In this document: positions 18,205 to 27,791 of the stretch, piece by piece
Layout: the number at the start of each line of letters is the position of its first letter
How positions within the stretch are numbered: position 1 is the stretch's first letter
Virus record (IMG/VR): IMGVR_UViG_3300037042_004723
Coordinates: 32,001 to 96,000 of that record
Direction: 5' to 3' (one strand)
Origin: a virus
Length of the DNA stretch: 64,000 nt
Program-made: the position numbers and the translations under genes
The notes under the pieces: generated by a model
What the model saw: the letters and a program-made list of their open reading frames with translations, nothing else
Told to the model about the DNA's origin: nothing
Databases searched by the model: none

Positions 18205-18273
18205 GGTCCTACTACAATTCAGTTCATCGGGATTTTCACTGAAAATTATAGGATACTCGGTTGTAGTAAGGTC

Positions 18274-18486
18274 ATGGAGTTCTTCAGCGAGAAGGTTCGG
18301 CGCATCGCGTATCTGCGCATGTATGGCAGAACGGTTGAGGAGATTCTCAAGCAGGTTGAGGCCACCGAGACTGAGCTGAGGCTGCTCGTGGCGTGCGCAG
18401 ATCTGTTCATCGACTACTCGCCGTTCGATCCGCCCAAGCGGACGGAGCCCATCTCGCCGGTCAGCGGGGAGTTCACGGCCCGCTAG
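18274..18486 (+). CDS. Hypothetical protein
   Basis: Class I promoter. Confidence 0.7.
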   Translation: MEFFSEKVRRIAYLRMYGRTVEEILKQVEATETELRLLVACADLFIDYSPFDPPKRTEPISPVSGEFTAR

Positions 18487-18551
18487 GGCTTTGCGTGTAG
18501 AAGAAAACTCTTAGAGTTTTCTTAACCGCACCCGCTTGCGCGGGCTCGGGC

Positions 18552-18719
18552 CTAGTAGCCCCGGTCATCCCCTTCCTTAGCACGATCTTTCCAGGCATCC
18601 CAGTCGAACCCGGAGTCATCACCCTGGGCCATCATGCGGGCCACGGCGGCCCACGAGCACGCCGGGGGCTCGACGGTGGACGGGGCGGGTTTCTCGGTCT
18701 GCTTCTTCGTGTTGCTCAT
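18552..18719 (-). CDS. 55-aa hypothetical protein (MSNTKKQ...), not in the ORF track
   Basis: ATG 6 nt from a class I box. Confidence 0.65.
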   Translation of the reverse strand: MSNTKKQTEKPAPSTVEPPACSWAAVARMMAQGDDSGFDWDAWKDRAKEGDDRGY

Positions 18720-18752
18720 GTAGCTACTACAACTGAGCCCGCCCGGATTTTC

Positions 18753-19001
18753 TCAAGAGCCGAACTTTTTATCAGAGCCTGCGTCCCGCCAGGTGTACGA
18801 CTTCGTTGTCGGCTTCTCTGGCACTTGTTGCGGGTCGATTCTTCCGAGGGACGCACTCGGATCGCCGGCCTTGTATTTCTTACTGGTCATGCCGAGATCG
18901 CGCAGCCGCTTCTCAATCTCCTTTAGAGTTTTCTCGGATGGCTTGTTGAGCCATGGCGTTACGATGGCTTCGCGGATGGACTCGATCAGCGACTTGAGCA
19001 T
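18753..19001 (-). CDS. Basic hypothetical protein
   Basis: ORF track; no promoter of its own. Confidence 0.6.
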   Translation of the reverse strand: MLKSLIESIREAIVTPWLNKPSEKTLKEIEKRLRDLGMTSKKYKAGDPSASLGRIDPQQVPEKPTTKSYTWRDAGSDKKFGS

Positions 19002-19013
19002 TCCCTGGGTATA

Positions 19014-19460
19014 TCAGAGAGCCGCGACAAGCGCGATTGCCTTGCCGAAGTTGGCGACATCAGGCAAGGCGAAGCTGTGCGCCGCCACCGTGCGGGCGAA
19101 CTCCACGACCTGGGCAACGGTGACGTAGGGGAGCACGTCGTCACCGCTGAAGCGCGGGTCAGGGTTGAACCACTTACGCTTTGTTCCCCAGTCCTCGCCA
19201 CAGACCACCCACGGCTCATCAAACGCCTCGGGATACCACGCAGCCGCCTCGAAGGTCGGCTCGTCGCCCGGCTTCCAGTAGCCACGGCCGACGTTGCTGT
19301 ACGCGCCAGAGTGCCACTGAACGCTCAGGGTCATCCCATTCTCGAAGGTGACGAGCAGCCCCGTCTGTGGGCCACCGTCGCGCTCGAAGCACGGCTCAAC
19401 CTCCTGCACGGGGAGGTTGGCGGAACCGAGGGAGTCAGCGAGGGTCAGGTGGTTCATCAT
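19014..19460 (-). CDS. Hypothetical protein
   Basis: Class I promoter. Confidence 0.75.
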   Translation of the reverse strand: MMNHLTLADSLGSANLPVQEVEPCFERDGGPQTGLLVTFENGMTLSVQWHSGAYSNVGRGYWKPGDEPTFEAAAWYPEAFDEPWVVCGEDWGTKRKWFNPDPRFSGDDVLPYVTVAQVVEFARTVAAHSFALPDVANFGKAIALVAAL

Positions 19461-19596
19461 GGCGTAACTACAACTGAGCTTATCTGGATTTTCATGTAAT
19501 CGACAGACGCCCGCGCCGCTTGATGCGTGACGGCCCTGAACATAGAAAACTCTTAGAGTTTTCCGATGCCATCACGGCGCGGTGCGCCTTGGGCCC

Positions 19597-19821
19597 TTAG
19601 TAGCCTCCACCTTCTGCGCGGTCAGCGCACGGGTCACACTGGTATCCCCTGGCGCGGTCAGCCGGCGTGAGCCTGTTTGGCTTGCGACACGTGGGGCAAG
19701 GCAGGTTGCGAGGGTTGCTCGCGGTTGCGGCGCGAAGGGCAGAGTTCCCGCCGGGGTCGGCGAAGTCGCAACCGTCGTGATCCGACCAGTCGTCGCCGAT
19801 TTCGTTGTAGTAGTTGGACAT
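19597..19821 (-). CDS. Hypothetical Zn-finger-like protein
   Basis: Class I promoter; CPTC...CDPC. Confidence 0.75.
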   Translation of the reverse strand: MSNYYNEIGDDWSDHDGCDFADPGGNSALRAATASNPRNLPCPTCRKPNRLTPADRARGYQCDPCADRAEGGGY

Positions 19822-19856
19822 GAAGCTACTACAACTCAGCCCGGCCGAATTTTCAC

Positions 19857-20120
19857 TCAATTCGCGCTGATTGCCGGCCATTGCTGGGCCTTGATCAGGC
19901 CGGACATGGACGGGTCATCCGACGGCTCCCATCCTTCCGCAAGGAGCGCATCGCACGCCTGGCGGAGCTGTTGACAGGCACCTCGCAGATGCGACGAGTC
20001 GCCACCACGCGCAGCTCGGTTAGCGCGCACCATCGCAAGCTTGGCCGACCAGAAGTCAGCGAGTAGCTCAGTCCACAGGTCGAGCTTGCCGTATCTCATC
20101 GCGATTTCCCTGGTGTTCAT
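19857..20120 (-). CDS. Hypothetical protein
   Basis: Class I promoter; start at MNTRE. Confidence 0.7.
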   Translation of the reverse strand: MNTREIAMRYGKLDLWTELLADFWSAKLAMVRANRAARGGDSSHLRGACQQLRQACDALLAEGWEPSDDPSMSGLIKAQQWPAISAN

Positions 20121-20289
20121 TTTGCTACTACACCTGGGCTTGCTCAGATTTTCAGGCAATCGACAGACGCCTGATCAGCGCACTTCTGACAGAGAAAACT
20201 CTAAGAGTTTTCCGACGCACGGCAGTAACGGGGAGCCCGCCGCCCCCCCCCTTCCCGGCCGCACTCGCCGGGTGGGCTAGCCGTTATTT

Positions 20290-20499
20290 TCACTCCGCGT
20301 AGAGCACGTGGCCTTCCTGGCGCACCTTGCCAGCCCGCACCAAGATCCCCACGATGCTCTGGAACTGACCCAGCGTGCAGCCCTGGCCCATGAGCACGGC
20401 ATACAGCGGACCCTCGGGGGCACCGTCCGGACCCATCTCCTTGATGGTATCGAACACGGCAGCGATGACAGCGATGACGGCCTTTTGTTGGTTGCTCAT
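20290..20499 (-). CDS. Small hypothetical protein, possibly winged-helix
   Basis: Class I promoter. Confidence 0.7.
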   Translation of the reverse strand: MSNQQKAVIAVIAAVFDTIKEMGPDGAPEGPLYAVLMGQGCTLGQFQSIVGILVRAGKVRQEGHVLYAE

Positions 20500-20637
20500 G
20501 TACCTACTACAACTGGGCTAGCCTGGATTTTCAGGCAATCGACCGAGCGTATTTCTGACACTCGGGACGCCCACGGCCAGAGAAAACTCTAAGAGTTTTC
20601 TTAACCCCGAAGGGCGGCGAGCCCGGCCCGGCCCCGT

Positions 20638-21159
20638 CTAGCGGAGCGCCTTCAGCTTGGCGGCGATTTCCCGGCGGCGGCGGGTGGCCGTGGCCGGCGA
20701 CCATCCCACCAGTGCGCCCGCCTCGGTCTGGGTCATGCCCCGGTTGATTGCCAGGATGAACGCGCGCTCGCCCTCGGGGAGCGTGGCAAGCGCCATGGCA
20801 AGCCACTGGCCTTCCTCGGTGCGCAGGGCATCCGCCCGACCGTCAGAGCCCGGAAGGCCGTCCACAATCCGGTCCATCCCTTCCGCCCGGTCTGAATCGC
20901 CGTCCGACTTCTTGGTCACCACGTCGTGGGTGCGGTAGCCCTCCGACTTGACGTGGTTGCGGGCAACGTTGCCCGCGAGCTTGGCGCAGAACGTCGCCAC
21001 CTTGCCACGGGTGGGGTCGAAAACCTCGCCCTTTTCCAGGCACTCAACAACGGAATTATTAAGGATATCCTCCTCGTCGCCGCGCTTGCCCACGGCGCGC
21101 AGGATGGCGACGGTCATAGCGGTGAGAACTTCGGTGGTCATGTCGTTGCGGTTGAGCAT
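20638..21159 (-). CDS. ECF-type sigma-70 family factor (paralog 2)
   Basis: EDILNNSVVECL..FDPTRGKVATFCAKLAGNVARNHVK (region 2); QTEAGALVGWSPATATRRR (region 4 HTH). Confidence 0.85.
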   Translation of the reverse strand: MLNRNDMTTEVLTAMTVAILRAVGKRGDEEDILNNSVVECLEKGEVFDPTRGKVATFCAKLAGNVARNHVKSEGYRTHDVVTKKSDGDSDRAEGMDRIVDGLPGSDGRADALRTEEGQWLAMALATLPEGERAFILAINRGMTQTEAGALVGWSPATATRRRREIAAKLKALR

Positions 21160-21371
21160 TCATCAGTTGTAGCCTATCATGAGCCGATAGTCAAGGTATC
21201 TTTTGTCATGGTATGCAGATACTTGGCACGATCATTGACAATGCATTGGTATGACCGGAAAACTCTACGGCGCAAGCGTAAGAGTTTTCCTGGTGCGCCA
21301 AGCGGCGCGGTGCGCCAAGCGGGGCCAGAACGCGCCACGCCAACCCCCGTGGGGGCCGCGCCGGGCGTGGC

Positions 21372-21662
21372 CTAGTCGTCGATGCTCGCCACCATCTCGC
21401 GGAACTTCGCCATGATGGCGGCCATCTCCCCCTCGGTCGGGCTCAGTTCGTAGTCGACCAACCCGGCGGCATCGCGGATGTCCTCCTCGGTGTAGGGCAC
21501 GCGACGGGCGGAGCAGTCCGCGAGGACGGTGACCTCCGCTGTGGTGTACCGGCGCGCGGGTCGCCAGCCGGGCGGCAGCTTGCCGCCGGTCAGAACCCAC
21601 GTGTCCGTGATGTTCTCGTAGATGGAGATAGCGGCCTCTTCGATTGCGGTGTGATTCATCAT
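21372..21662 (-). CDS. Hypothetical protein
   Basis: Class I promoter (N8 to ATG). Confidence 0.7.
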   Translation of the reverse strand: MMNHTAIEEAAISIYENITDTWVLTGGKLPPGWRPARRYTTAEVTVLADCSARRVPYTEEDIRDAAGLVDYELSPTEGEMAAIMAKFREMVASIDD

Positions 21663-21802
21663 CTGTATCCACTACAACTGTGCTTTCCGGGATTTTCGTA
21701 CAATCGACATCGCGCCCCGGCAGCTCGAAATCTGACAGGCGACCGAGAAAACTCTTAGAGTTTTCCTGGCCCGGCAAGAGCCGGGGCCCCCGGCCCCGCC
21801 TC

Positions 21803-22306
21803 CTAGCGGAGCGCCGCCAGCTTCTCGGCGATTGCCTTGCGGCGGCGGGTGGAGGTGGCCGGGGACCATCCGACCAGCGCGCCCGCCTCGGTCTGGCCCA
21901 TGCCCTGATTGATTGCCCGGATGAAGGCCCGTTCCTCGTCGGTGAGCGTGGCGAGCGCCATGGCAAGCCACTGGCCTTCCTCGGTGCGCAGGGCATCGGC
22001 CCGGCCATCGTCGCCCGGAAGGCCATCCACGATGCGCGTGGGCTCGCCTTCCTCGCCCTTGGTCACCACGTCATGCGAGCGGTATCCCTCAGCCTTGACG
22101 TGGTTACGGGCCACGTTGCCCGCGAGCTTGGCGCAGAACGTCGCCACCTTGCCCCGGGCGGCATCGAACGCCTCGCCCTTCTCCAGGCACTCCACCACGG
22201 AATCGTTGAGGATATCCTCAAGGTCGGCACGCTTGCCGACAGCGCGGACAATGGCGACGGTCATGGCGGTGAGGACTGCGGAGGTCATGTCGGTGTGGTT
22301 CAGCAT
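21803..22306 (-). CDS. ECF-type sigma-70 family factor (paralog 3)
   Basis: Close paralog of 20638..21159. Confidence 0.85.
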   Translation of the reverse strand: MLNHTDMTSAVLTAMTVAIVRAVGKRADLEDILNDSVVECLEKGEAFDAARGKVATFCAKLAGNVARNHVKAEGYRSHDVVTKGEEGEPTRIVDGLPGDDGRADALRTEEGQWLAMALATLTDEERAFIRAINQGMGQTEAGALVGWSPATSTRRRKAIAEKLAALR

Positions 22307-22466
22307 GGGATTGACCTTAAGCTATATCTTATCTCAATGCAACAACAATCGACAGGGATCTGCACTTATTTTTCCGGGCCAGCTTCCGGTGGCTTACGGA
22401 AAACTCTAAACGTCTGACAGTGCATGGAGTTTTCCGGTTGCCCGGTGGCGCGGTGCGCCCGGTGGC

Positions 22467-22700
22467 TCACATCGCGGCGATCTCGGCGAGGAGAGCCGCC
22501 GTCTCGGACGCGGGGATCGGCCCGTGGTCGCAGACCCGGTCGTCAAGGTCTGCGATCAGGTCGCCGAGGTTGATCACCTCGTCCAGTAGGATTGCGGCAT
22601 CCTCGTTGCTCGCATCGATGGAGCGACGCTCCGTCTCAAGCTGATCCGCGACGAGGATGGCGCGGACCGTGGTGCAGTGGTGGCACTTGTTGTTCTTCAT
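22467..22700 (-). CDS. Hypothetical protein
   Basis: Class I promoter (N8 to ATG). Confidence 0.7.
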   Translation of the reverse strand: MKNNKCHHCTTVRAILVADQLETERRSIDASNEDAAILLDEVINLGDLIADLDDRVCDHGPIPASETAALLAEIAAM

Positions 22701-22871
22701 CTGTATCCACTACAACTGTGCTCGGCGGGATTTTCAGGCAATCGACATCGCGTTCAGGCCCGTGAGCTGGTCAGGCCCGTGAGCTGGTCAGGCCGGAAAA
22801 CTCTAATTAGGTTAGAGCTATTAGAGTTTTCTTGACCACAACGGTCGGCGCGGACCGTCGTGGTCTTGCGC

Positions 22872-23093
22872 CTAGGACATCGCCAGAAGGTTGCGCGCTT
22901 CCTGATCAGTCAAGATCATGTCAGTCCCGCAATCCAGATAGGCGTGCCGTCCCGTCGTCGGCTGCCAGCAATAGAGCAACCGCGCGCCGGTCCGCGTGGT
23001 GAACGGTACCTCGGTACCGTTGCAGGCTGCGACCCACATCCCTTGCTCTGCTTTCGCCTCACGCTCTGTGATGGTTTCAATAATTGTCTTCAT
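22872..23093 (-). CDS. Hypothetical protein
   Basis: Downstream of 23124..23315. Confidence 0.7.
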   Translation of the reverse strand: MKTIIETITEREAKAEQGMWVAACNGTEVPFTTRTGARLLYCWQPTTGRHAYLDCGTDMILTDQEARNLLAMS

Positions 23094-23123
23094 GTCTTTT
23101 TCAGCCTTTCGAAGGTTCGAAGG

Positions 23124-23315
23124 TTAGCGGACCTGCTTCGCGAGTTGCTCAGTGCTCGCCAGGAAGATATCGCTACCGCCGCACTTGGGGCACCCGTCGC
23201 ACCCGTAGGTAGCCTTTTCGGCCTGCTTCAAGGTGAGTAGCTTGCCGCACTCCTGGCAAGCCCAGTCCTTGATCGTGCGAGTCTTAACCTTCGTCGTCGT
23301 GGTGTTGTTCAGCAT
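23124..23315 (-). CDS. Small Zn-ribbon protein (CQEC...CPKC)
   Basis: Class II promoter; start at MLNNT. Confidence 0.7.
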   Translation of the reverse strand: MLNNTTTTKVKTRTIKDWACQECGKLLTLKQAEKATYGCDGCPKCGGSDIFLASTEQLAKQVR

Positions 23316-23490
23316 TGATAGACAGTACACCTATTGACGTGCATTGTCAAGGTATCTTTTGCCTATCAATGTCGAATGTCTCGCAATGGGCGATAGAAAA
23401 CTCTAATGGGCTTTAGGCTCCCAATGATTACAGAGTTTTCTATTGGACAGTTGGCGGGCTCGGTGTCCCGCTGTCCTTTAGAACTGTCCC

Positions 23491-23844
23491 TTAGGCGACG
23501 CCGAGGGCCTGCGCCACGTCAACAACCCAGTTGACCGGCTCGGGGTAGCGATGCACGCGGCCGTTATCGACCCGGCCCTGACGCATGGTGATGTTCGAGT
23601 AGCGCACCAGGGTGAAGCGCCACGTCTTCGTGGTCGGCTCCCAGCGGAAGCCACGCGCCTTGAGAGCGTTACGGGCCTGGTAGGCATTGCCGACCACGAT
23701 CTCCGTCTCGGTGTACTTGATCGAGATCTTCGCCTCCACGGCCTCCCACAGCGCGGCGCGCTTGAAGGTCTCGGCCATCATGGCGGCCATCTCGGCCATC
23801 TCGGGTTGCGTCTCGGCGGTGTCCGTCTCGGTGTGATTCAGCAT
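23491..23844 (-). CDS. Hypothetical protein
   Basis: Class II unit; MLNHT start. Confidence 0.75.
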   Translation of the reverse strand: MLNHTETDTAETQPEMAEMAAMMAETFKRAALWEAVEAKISIKYTETEIVVGNAYQARNALKARGFRWEPTTKTWRFTLVRYSNITMRQGRVDNGRVHRYPEPVNWVVDVAQALGVA

Positions 23845-23993
23845 TCCCCTTTATCGCACGGACCGAGGTGCATTGTCAAGCATGTAATGCCATGCAATGC
23901 AGATAGTTGTACGGAAAACTCTAAGCTCTGACAGTGGGGTGGAGTTTTCTGATGCGCTTGCGGCGCGCGGTCTGCGGCCTGCCCGGCGGGGCC

Positions 23994-24278
23994 TTACTCG
24001 CCCGGATCTCCGTAGGAGGATTCAATCTCGGCACCGCAGTGATCGCAGGGCATCGGCGGACCCTCCCAGTAAACATCAGCACCGATCAGCCGCCACTGCT
24101 TATCGGTGTCCGGGGCCTCGGACGCCTCGCTTCCGTTGTCGCCGTTGGCGCAGGCGGGGCACAGACACCCTCCGTCGGCCACGTAGTAGACCAGCGTGTA
24201 GCAGCCGATCGAGGTGAAGGAGTACAAACGACCATTGCCCATACGCGGGAGGGCGGCGGAAGCGGTGTTGTTCAGCAT
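23994..24278 (-). CDS. Cys-rich hypothetical phage protein (LCPACA...CDHC..IESSY)
   Basis: Class II promoter. Confidence 0.75.
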   Translation of the reverse strand: MLNNTASAALPRMGNGRLYSFTSIGCYTLVYYVADGGCLCPACANGDNGSEASEAPDTDKQWRLIGADVYWEGPPMPCDHCGAEIESSYGDPGE

Positions 24279-24419
24279 GTACAGACCTTAGCAGGTCTTG
24301 CGTGTATTGTCAATCGCATAATGCCATTCAATGCAGATAGTTAGGCGGAAAACTCTAACCTATAAGCTGTTAAAGGGAGTTTTCTTAGCGTGCGTCGGCC
24401 GGGCGAACCCGGCGGGCTG

Positions 24420-24641
24420 CTAAGCGCCGGTCGGGATGTACTTCGACCCCTTGATGAACGGGCCCCAGACGGTGAGACCACCCGAGGTGATCTCGATGGC
24501 TTCGTCCTCGCGGAGCGTGCGGTACATGTCGATCGCCAGGTTCCTGACGTCATCGAACGCGCGGCCCTGCTGCGCAGGGTGCGAGGAGATGGTCTCGAAG
24601 CGGGCGGCGGGCTTGGCAACTGCGATGTGGTAGTTCAGCAT
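24420..24641 (-). CDS. Hypothetical protein
   Basis: Class II promoter. Confidence 0.7.
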   Translation of the reverse strand: MLNYHIAVAKPAARFETISSHPAQQGRAFDDVRNLAIDMYRTLREDEAIEITSGGLTVWGPFIKGSKYIPTGA

Positions 24642-24843
24642 TTAATGACCTTAGCAGGTGATGGTTGCATTGTCAATGCATTGAATGCGTGACAATGATG
24701 AATTGCTTCGAGTGGCGGCGTATCCTGCCCCTACTACAATTGTGCTCGCCTGAATTTTCATCATATCAATGCAGGGGAAAACTCTAAGGTCTGACAGCAG
24801 GTAGAGTTTTCTTAACGCCTGACCGGGCGAACCCGGCGGGGCC

Positions 24844-25149
24844 CTAGAACATCCACTGAACCGGCGGGGCGTTCTCGCTCCACGCGGCGACCAGCATGTC
24901 TCGGTCGTCGTCGAACACAACAGGCTCGAACGACACCACGCACTCGCTCTCGGCCTGCGTCAGCTTGCGGTACTGACGGAGCGCGGCCTTACGCTCTTGC
25001 TTGGCCCAGTCCAGCCACCCGCAGTCGGCGCAGCAGGGGTCCCACACCTGGCACTGCCAGTCGATGAACGCTGCCAGGGCTTCCTCGATAGCCAGGTCGT
25101 TCTCGTGGTCTGCCAGCCCTTCGGCTAGCGCGGCTTGTCTGTTCAGCAT
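24844..25149 (-). CDS. Hypothetical protein
   Basis: AGGAGG RBS; MLNRQ start. Confidence 0.7.
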   Translation of the reverse strand: MLNRQAALAEGLADHENDLAIEEALAAFIDWQCQVWDPCCADCGWLDWAKQERKAALRQYRKLTQAESECVVSFEPVVFDDDRDMLVAAWSENAPPVQWMF

Positions 25150-25199
25150 CTGTCCTCCTAGTGGTGATGACGTGGCGGGGCGCGCGAATCTGACGGGGG

Positions 25200-25337
25200 C
25201 TAGCCCATGACTCGCTGGAACGGGTCAGCGATGGCGATGGCTTGCGCCATGGTCATCTGCCCGATGGCTCGGCTACCATTGCGACCGAGGAGGGTCAGGG
25301 CGCGGCAGGAAACGACCTTCACGATGATTTGCTTCAC
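25200..25337 (-). CDS. Small hypothetical protein
   Basis: GTG 6 nt from a class I box. Confidence 0.55.
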   Translation of the reverse strand: MKQIIVKVVSCRALTLLGRNGSRAIGQMTMAQAIAIADPFQRVMG

Positions 25338-25465
25338 GCTATCACTACAACTGTGCTCGGTCGGATTTTCAGGTGATTTTATCGAAGACCAGGCCGGGCT
25401 AGACCAGGCCGGAAAACTCTTAGAGTTTTCTTGATGCAGCATCGGCGCGGTGCGCCGGGCCCCGC

Positions 25466-25852
25466 CTAGATGAGCGACAGGAGGGCCGCTCCGTCCGGCG
25501 TGGCCGGGGCCACGTTCCAGTGGGGGCCGAACGAGATCCCGACCACATCGGGCGTCTCATCCTGGCGCGCGTCGCCCATCACCGTGCCGATGATGTAGCT
25601 GCCATCGCGGGCCACCAGGGCCACGTTGCAGCCCAGGGAAGCGGCCACGGTGGCCTGCTTCGCGAAGATTAGCCGATCGGGGCCGATGAGGGCCTCGATC
25701 TCGGCCAGTCGCTCGGCGATGAACTCGGCCTCATCGTCGCCGCCACCGCAGCACCAGTCGCAACCCACCAGGGTGTCGCTCATGACCGCGCGACGCGCGC
25801 GGAGGGTGATGCGCTCGGAGAGGAGGAGGGCGACCGTGGAGTGGTTCAGCAT
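25466..25852 (-). CDS. Hypothetical protein
   Basis: Class II unit. Confidence 0.75.
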   Translation of the reverse strand: MLNHSTVALLLSERITLRARRAVMSDTLVGCDWCCGGGDDEAEFIAERLAEIEALIGPDRLIFAKQATVAASLGCNVALVARDGSYIIGTVMGDARQDETPDVVGISFGPHWNVAPATPDGAALLSLI

Positions 25853-26030
25853 TCATCAGTTGTAGCATGGTTACCTTGACAATGCAACAACTATCTACTA
25901 ACAATCGACTGTCAAGATCTGCGGATCCTGTTAGGAAAACTCGGGTTGGCGCAACGCAGTGCGTGGCCATATGAGAGTTTTCCAAACCCACGGGCGAGAT
26001 CGGGCGGGGTGCCCGGTCGCCCCGGTCGGG

Positions 26031-26588
26031 CTACTCGTCGCCGTCCTCGTCGCCGTCCTCGCCGGACACAGCGGCCTTGAGCGCGGCGAGGAGCGCGGCC
26101 CGCTTGCGCGTGGCCTTGACGGCGTTCCAGCCGAACGCCTTGCCAGCGTCCCCGATGGACTCGCCCCGGATGAGGGCCCGGACGAAGGCCCGGTCGGTCT
26201 CGTCCTGGATCTCGGAGATCGCCAGGGCCAGATCTTGAGCCTCCATCGAACGGGCCACCTCGACCCGCCCATCGGCACCGGGCAGGGACTCGACGATCAT
26301 CTCGCCGCCATTCTCGCCCTCATCGTCGCTCGCCGTCACCACGTCATGCGAGCGGTAGCCCTCGGCCTTCATGTGGTTGCGGGCCGTGTTCCCGGCGATC
26401 TTGCAGCAGAAGTTGCTGAAGTTGCCACGGGCCGCGTCGAAGCTCTCGATCTGCTCCATGACGCGCACGCACGAATCGTTCAGGATGTCGTTCAGGTCGG
26501 CATTCTTGCCAACGGCGCGGACGATCGCGCCCGTCATGGATCCGATGGTGGTGGTGGTGATGATGGTCGGGACCGTGTGATTCAGCAT
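26031..26588 (-). CDS. ECF-type sigma-70 family factor (paralog 4)
   Basis: NDILNDSCVRVMEQIESFDAARGNFSNFCCKIAGNTARNHMK; C-terminal HTH. Confidence 0.85.
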   Translation of the reverse strand: MLNHTVPTIITTTTIGSMTGAIVRAVGKNADLNDILNDSCVRVMEQIESFDAARGNFSNFCCKIAGNTARNHMKAEGYRSHDVVTASDDEGENGGEMIVESLPGADGRVEVARSMEAQDLALAISEIQDETDRAFVRALIRGESIGDAGKAFGWNAVKATRKRAALLAALKAAVSGEDGDEDGDE

Positions 26589-26777
26589 TCATCAGTTGTA
26601 GCCTATCAAGAGCCGATAGTCAAGGTATCTTTTGCCATGCAATGCAGATAGTTTGCACTGTCCTTAACAATGCATTAACCTGACCGGAAAACTCTAAACC
26701 ACCATTGAGGGCACATGGCCTTTAGAGTTTTCTCCATGGCGGAAAAATCTGACGCGGTGCGCCAGCCCGCCGGGCTG

Positions 26778-27089
26778 CTACTCGGTGTAGCAGCCGGGGC
26801 AGGTGGTCACCCCGAGCGCGTCACAGTGGCCGCCCTCGTCGAGACGGTGGCCGACCGTGAGCCCGGCCCGGGTGGCGTCTTCGAGGGTAGCGCCCACGTT
26901 GACAGCGTTCGCGGCTTCGATCTCAGCGTCGCAGACGTCGCACGTCTCGACGGCGAACATTCTGATCATGCCAGGGTAAACGCTGGCAGTCGCATTCGAG
27001 AAACCCCAGTTCTTCGCCAGCGAACGGAGTGCCATAACGGCGAGGGGGAGGTGGCGGGTGGAACCAAAGAACTTCGTGTGATTCAGCAT
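26778..27089 (-). CDS. Hypothetical protein
   Basis: Class II unit. Confidence 0.7.
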   Translation of the reverse strand: MLNHTKFFGSTRHLPLAVMALRSLAKNWGFSNATASVYPGMIRMFAVETCDVCDAEIEAANAVNVGATLEDATRAGLTVGHRLDEGGHCDALGVTTCPGCYTE

Positions 27090-27268
27090 TCATCAGTTGT
27101 AGCCTATCAAGAGCCGATAGTCAATGTATCTTTTGCCTTGCTATGCAGATAGTTGGCACGATCCTTGACAATGCACTGGTCAGACCGGAAAACTCTGTTT
27201 AACCATTAAGGCACATGGCCTTTAGAGTTTTCTCCCAGCACTGGCGGCCCCGGCGGCGGGCCGGGGGG

Positions 27269-27613
27269 CTAGCGGTCCAGCGGGTGGCAGGTGTTGATCA
27301 CCTGTCCCATGTAGTCCATTGCGGCCAGGAAGTCCCCAGCGGGGCGGATCAGCAAGGCGCACAGGTCGCCCGGCAGCATGGCCAGGGCATCCGCGCAGAA
27401 GGCGTCCCACACGTGACCCGGCTGGAAGATGAACGGGGCCAGGTCCGCCAGGTCGATCATCCCGTCCTCCCACTGGTCACGGCGCTCGGCGTCCGTGGTG
27501 GCCAGGAGGGTGCCGAAGGACGGCAGGGCGGCCACGGTGGCCTGGTAGGCGACCCATGCCTCCATGGTGGCAACGGTGGCGGGGGAGGTGGCGGGAGCGG
27601 TGTTCTTGAGCAT
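27269..27613 (-). CDS. Hypothetical protein
   Basis: Class II unit. Confidence 0.7.
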   Translation of the reverse strand: MLKNTAPATSPATVATMEAWVAYQATVAALPSFGTLLATTDAERRDQWEDGMIDLADLAPFIFQPGHVWDAFCADALAMLPGDLCALLIRPAGDFLAAMDYMGQVINTCHPLDR

Positions 27614-27791
27614 CCATCAGTTGTAGCCTATCAAGAGCCGATAGTCAAGGTATCTTTTGCCATGCAATACAGATAGTTGGCACACATCTTGACAATGCAT
27701 TGGTCAGACCGGAAAACTCTATTTAGTCATTAAGCATTAGCTTAAGTGGAGTTTTCCTGTCTGGAGTCGGCGCGGTGCGCCGGCCCGGATC

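Larger units (their letters stand above)
1656..25430. repeat. Compact palindrome GAAAACTCT(A/T)AGAGTTTTC, 18 intergenic copies
   Basis: Copies start at 1656, 4023, 5026, 6550, 7470, 7847, 9154, 10962, 12247, 13160, 16036, 16649, 18503, 19545, 20194, 20582, 21747, 25412; all intergenic, mostly near gene 3' ends. Confidence 0.95.
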
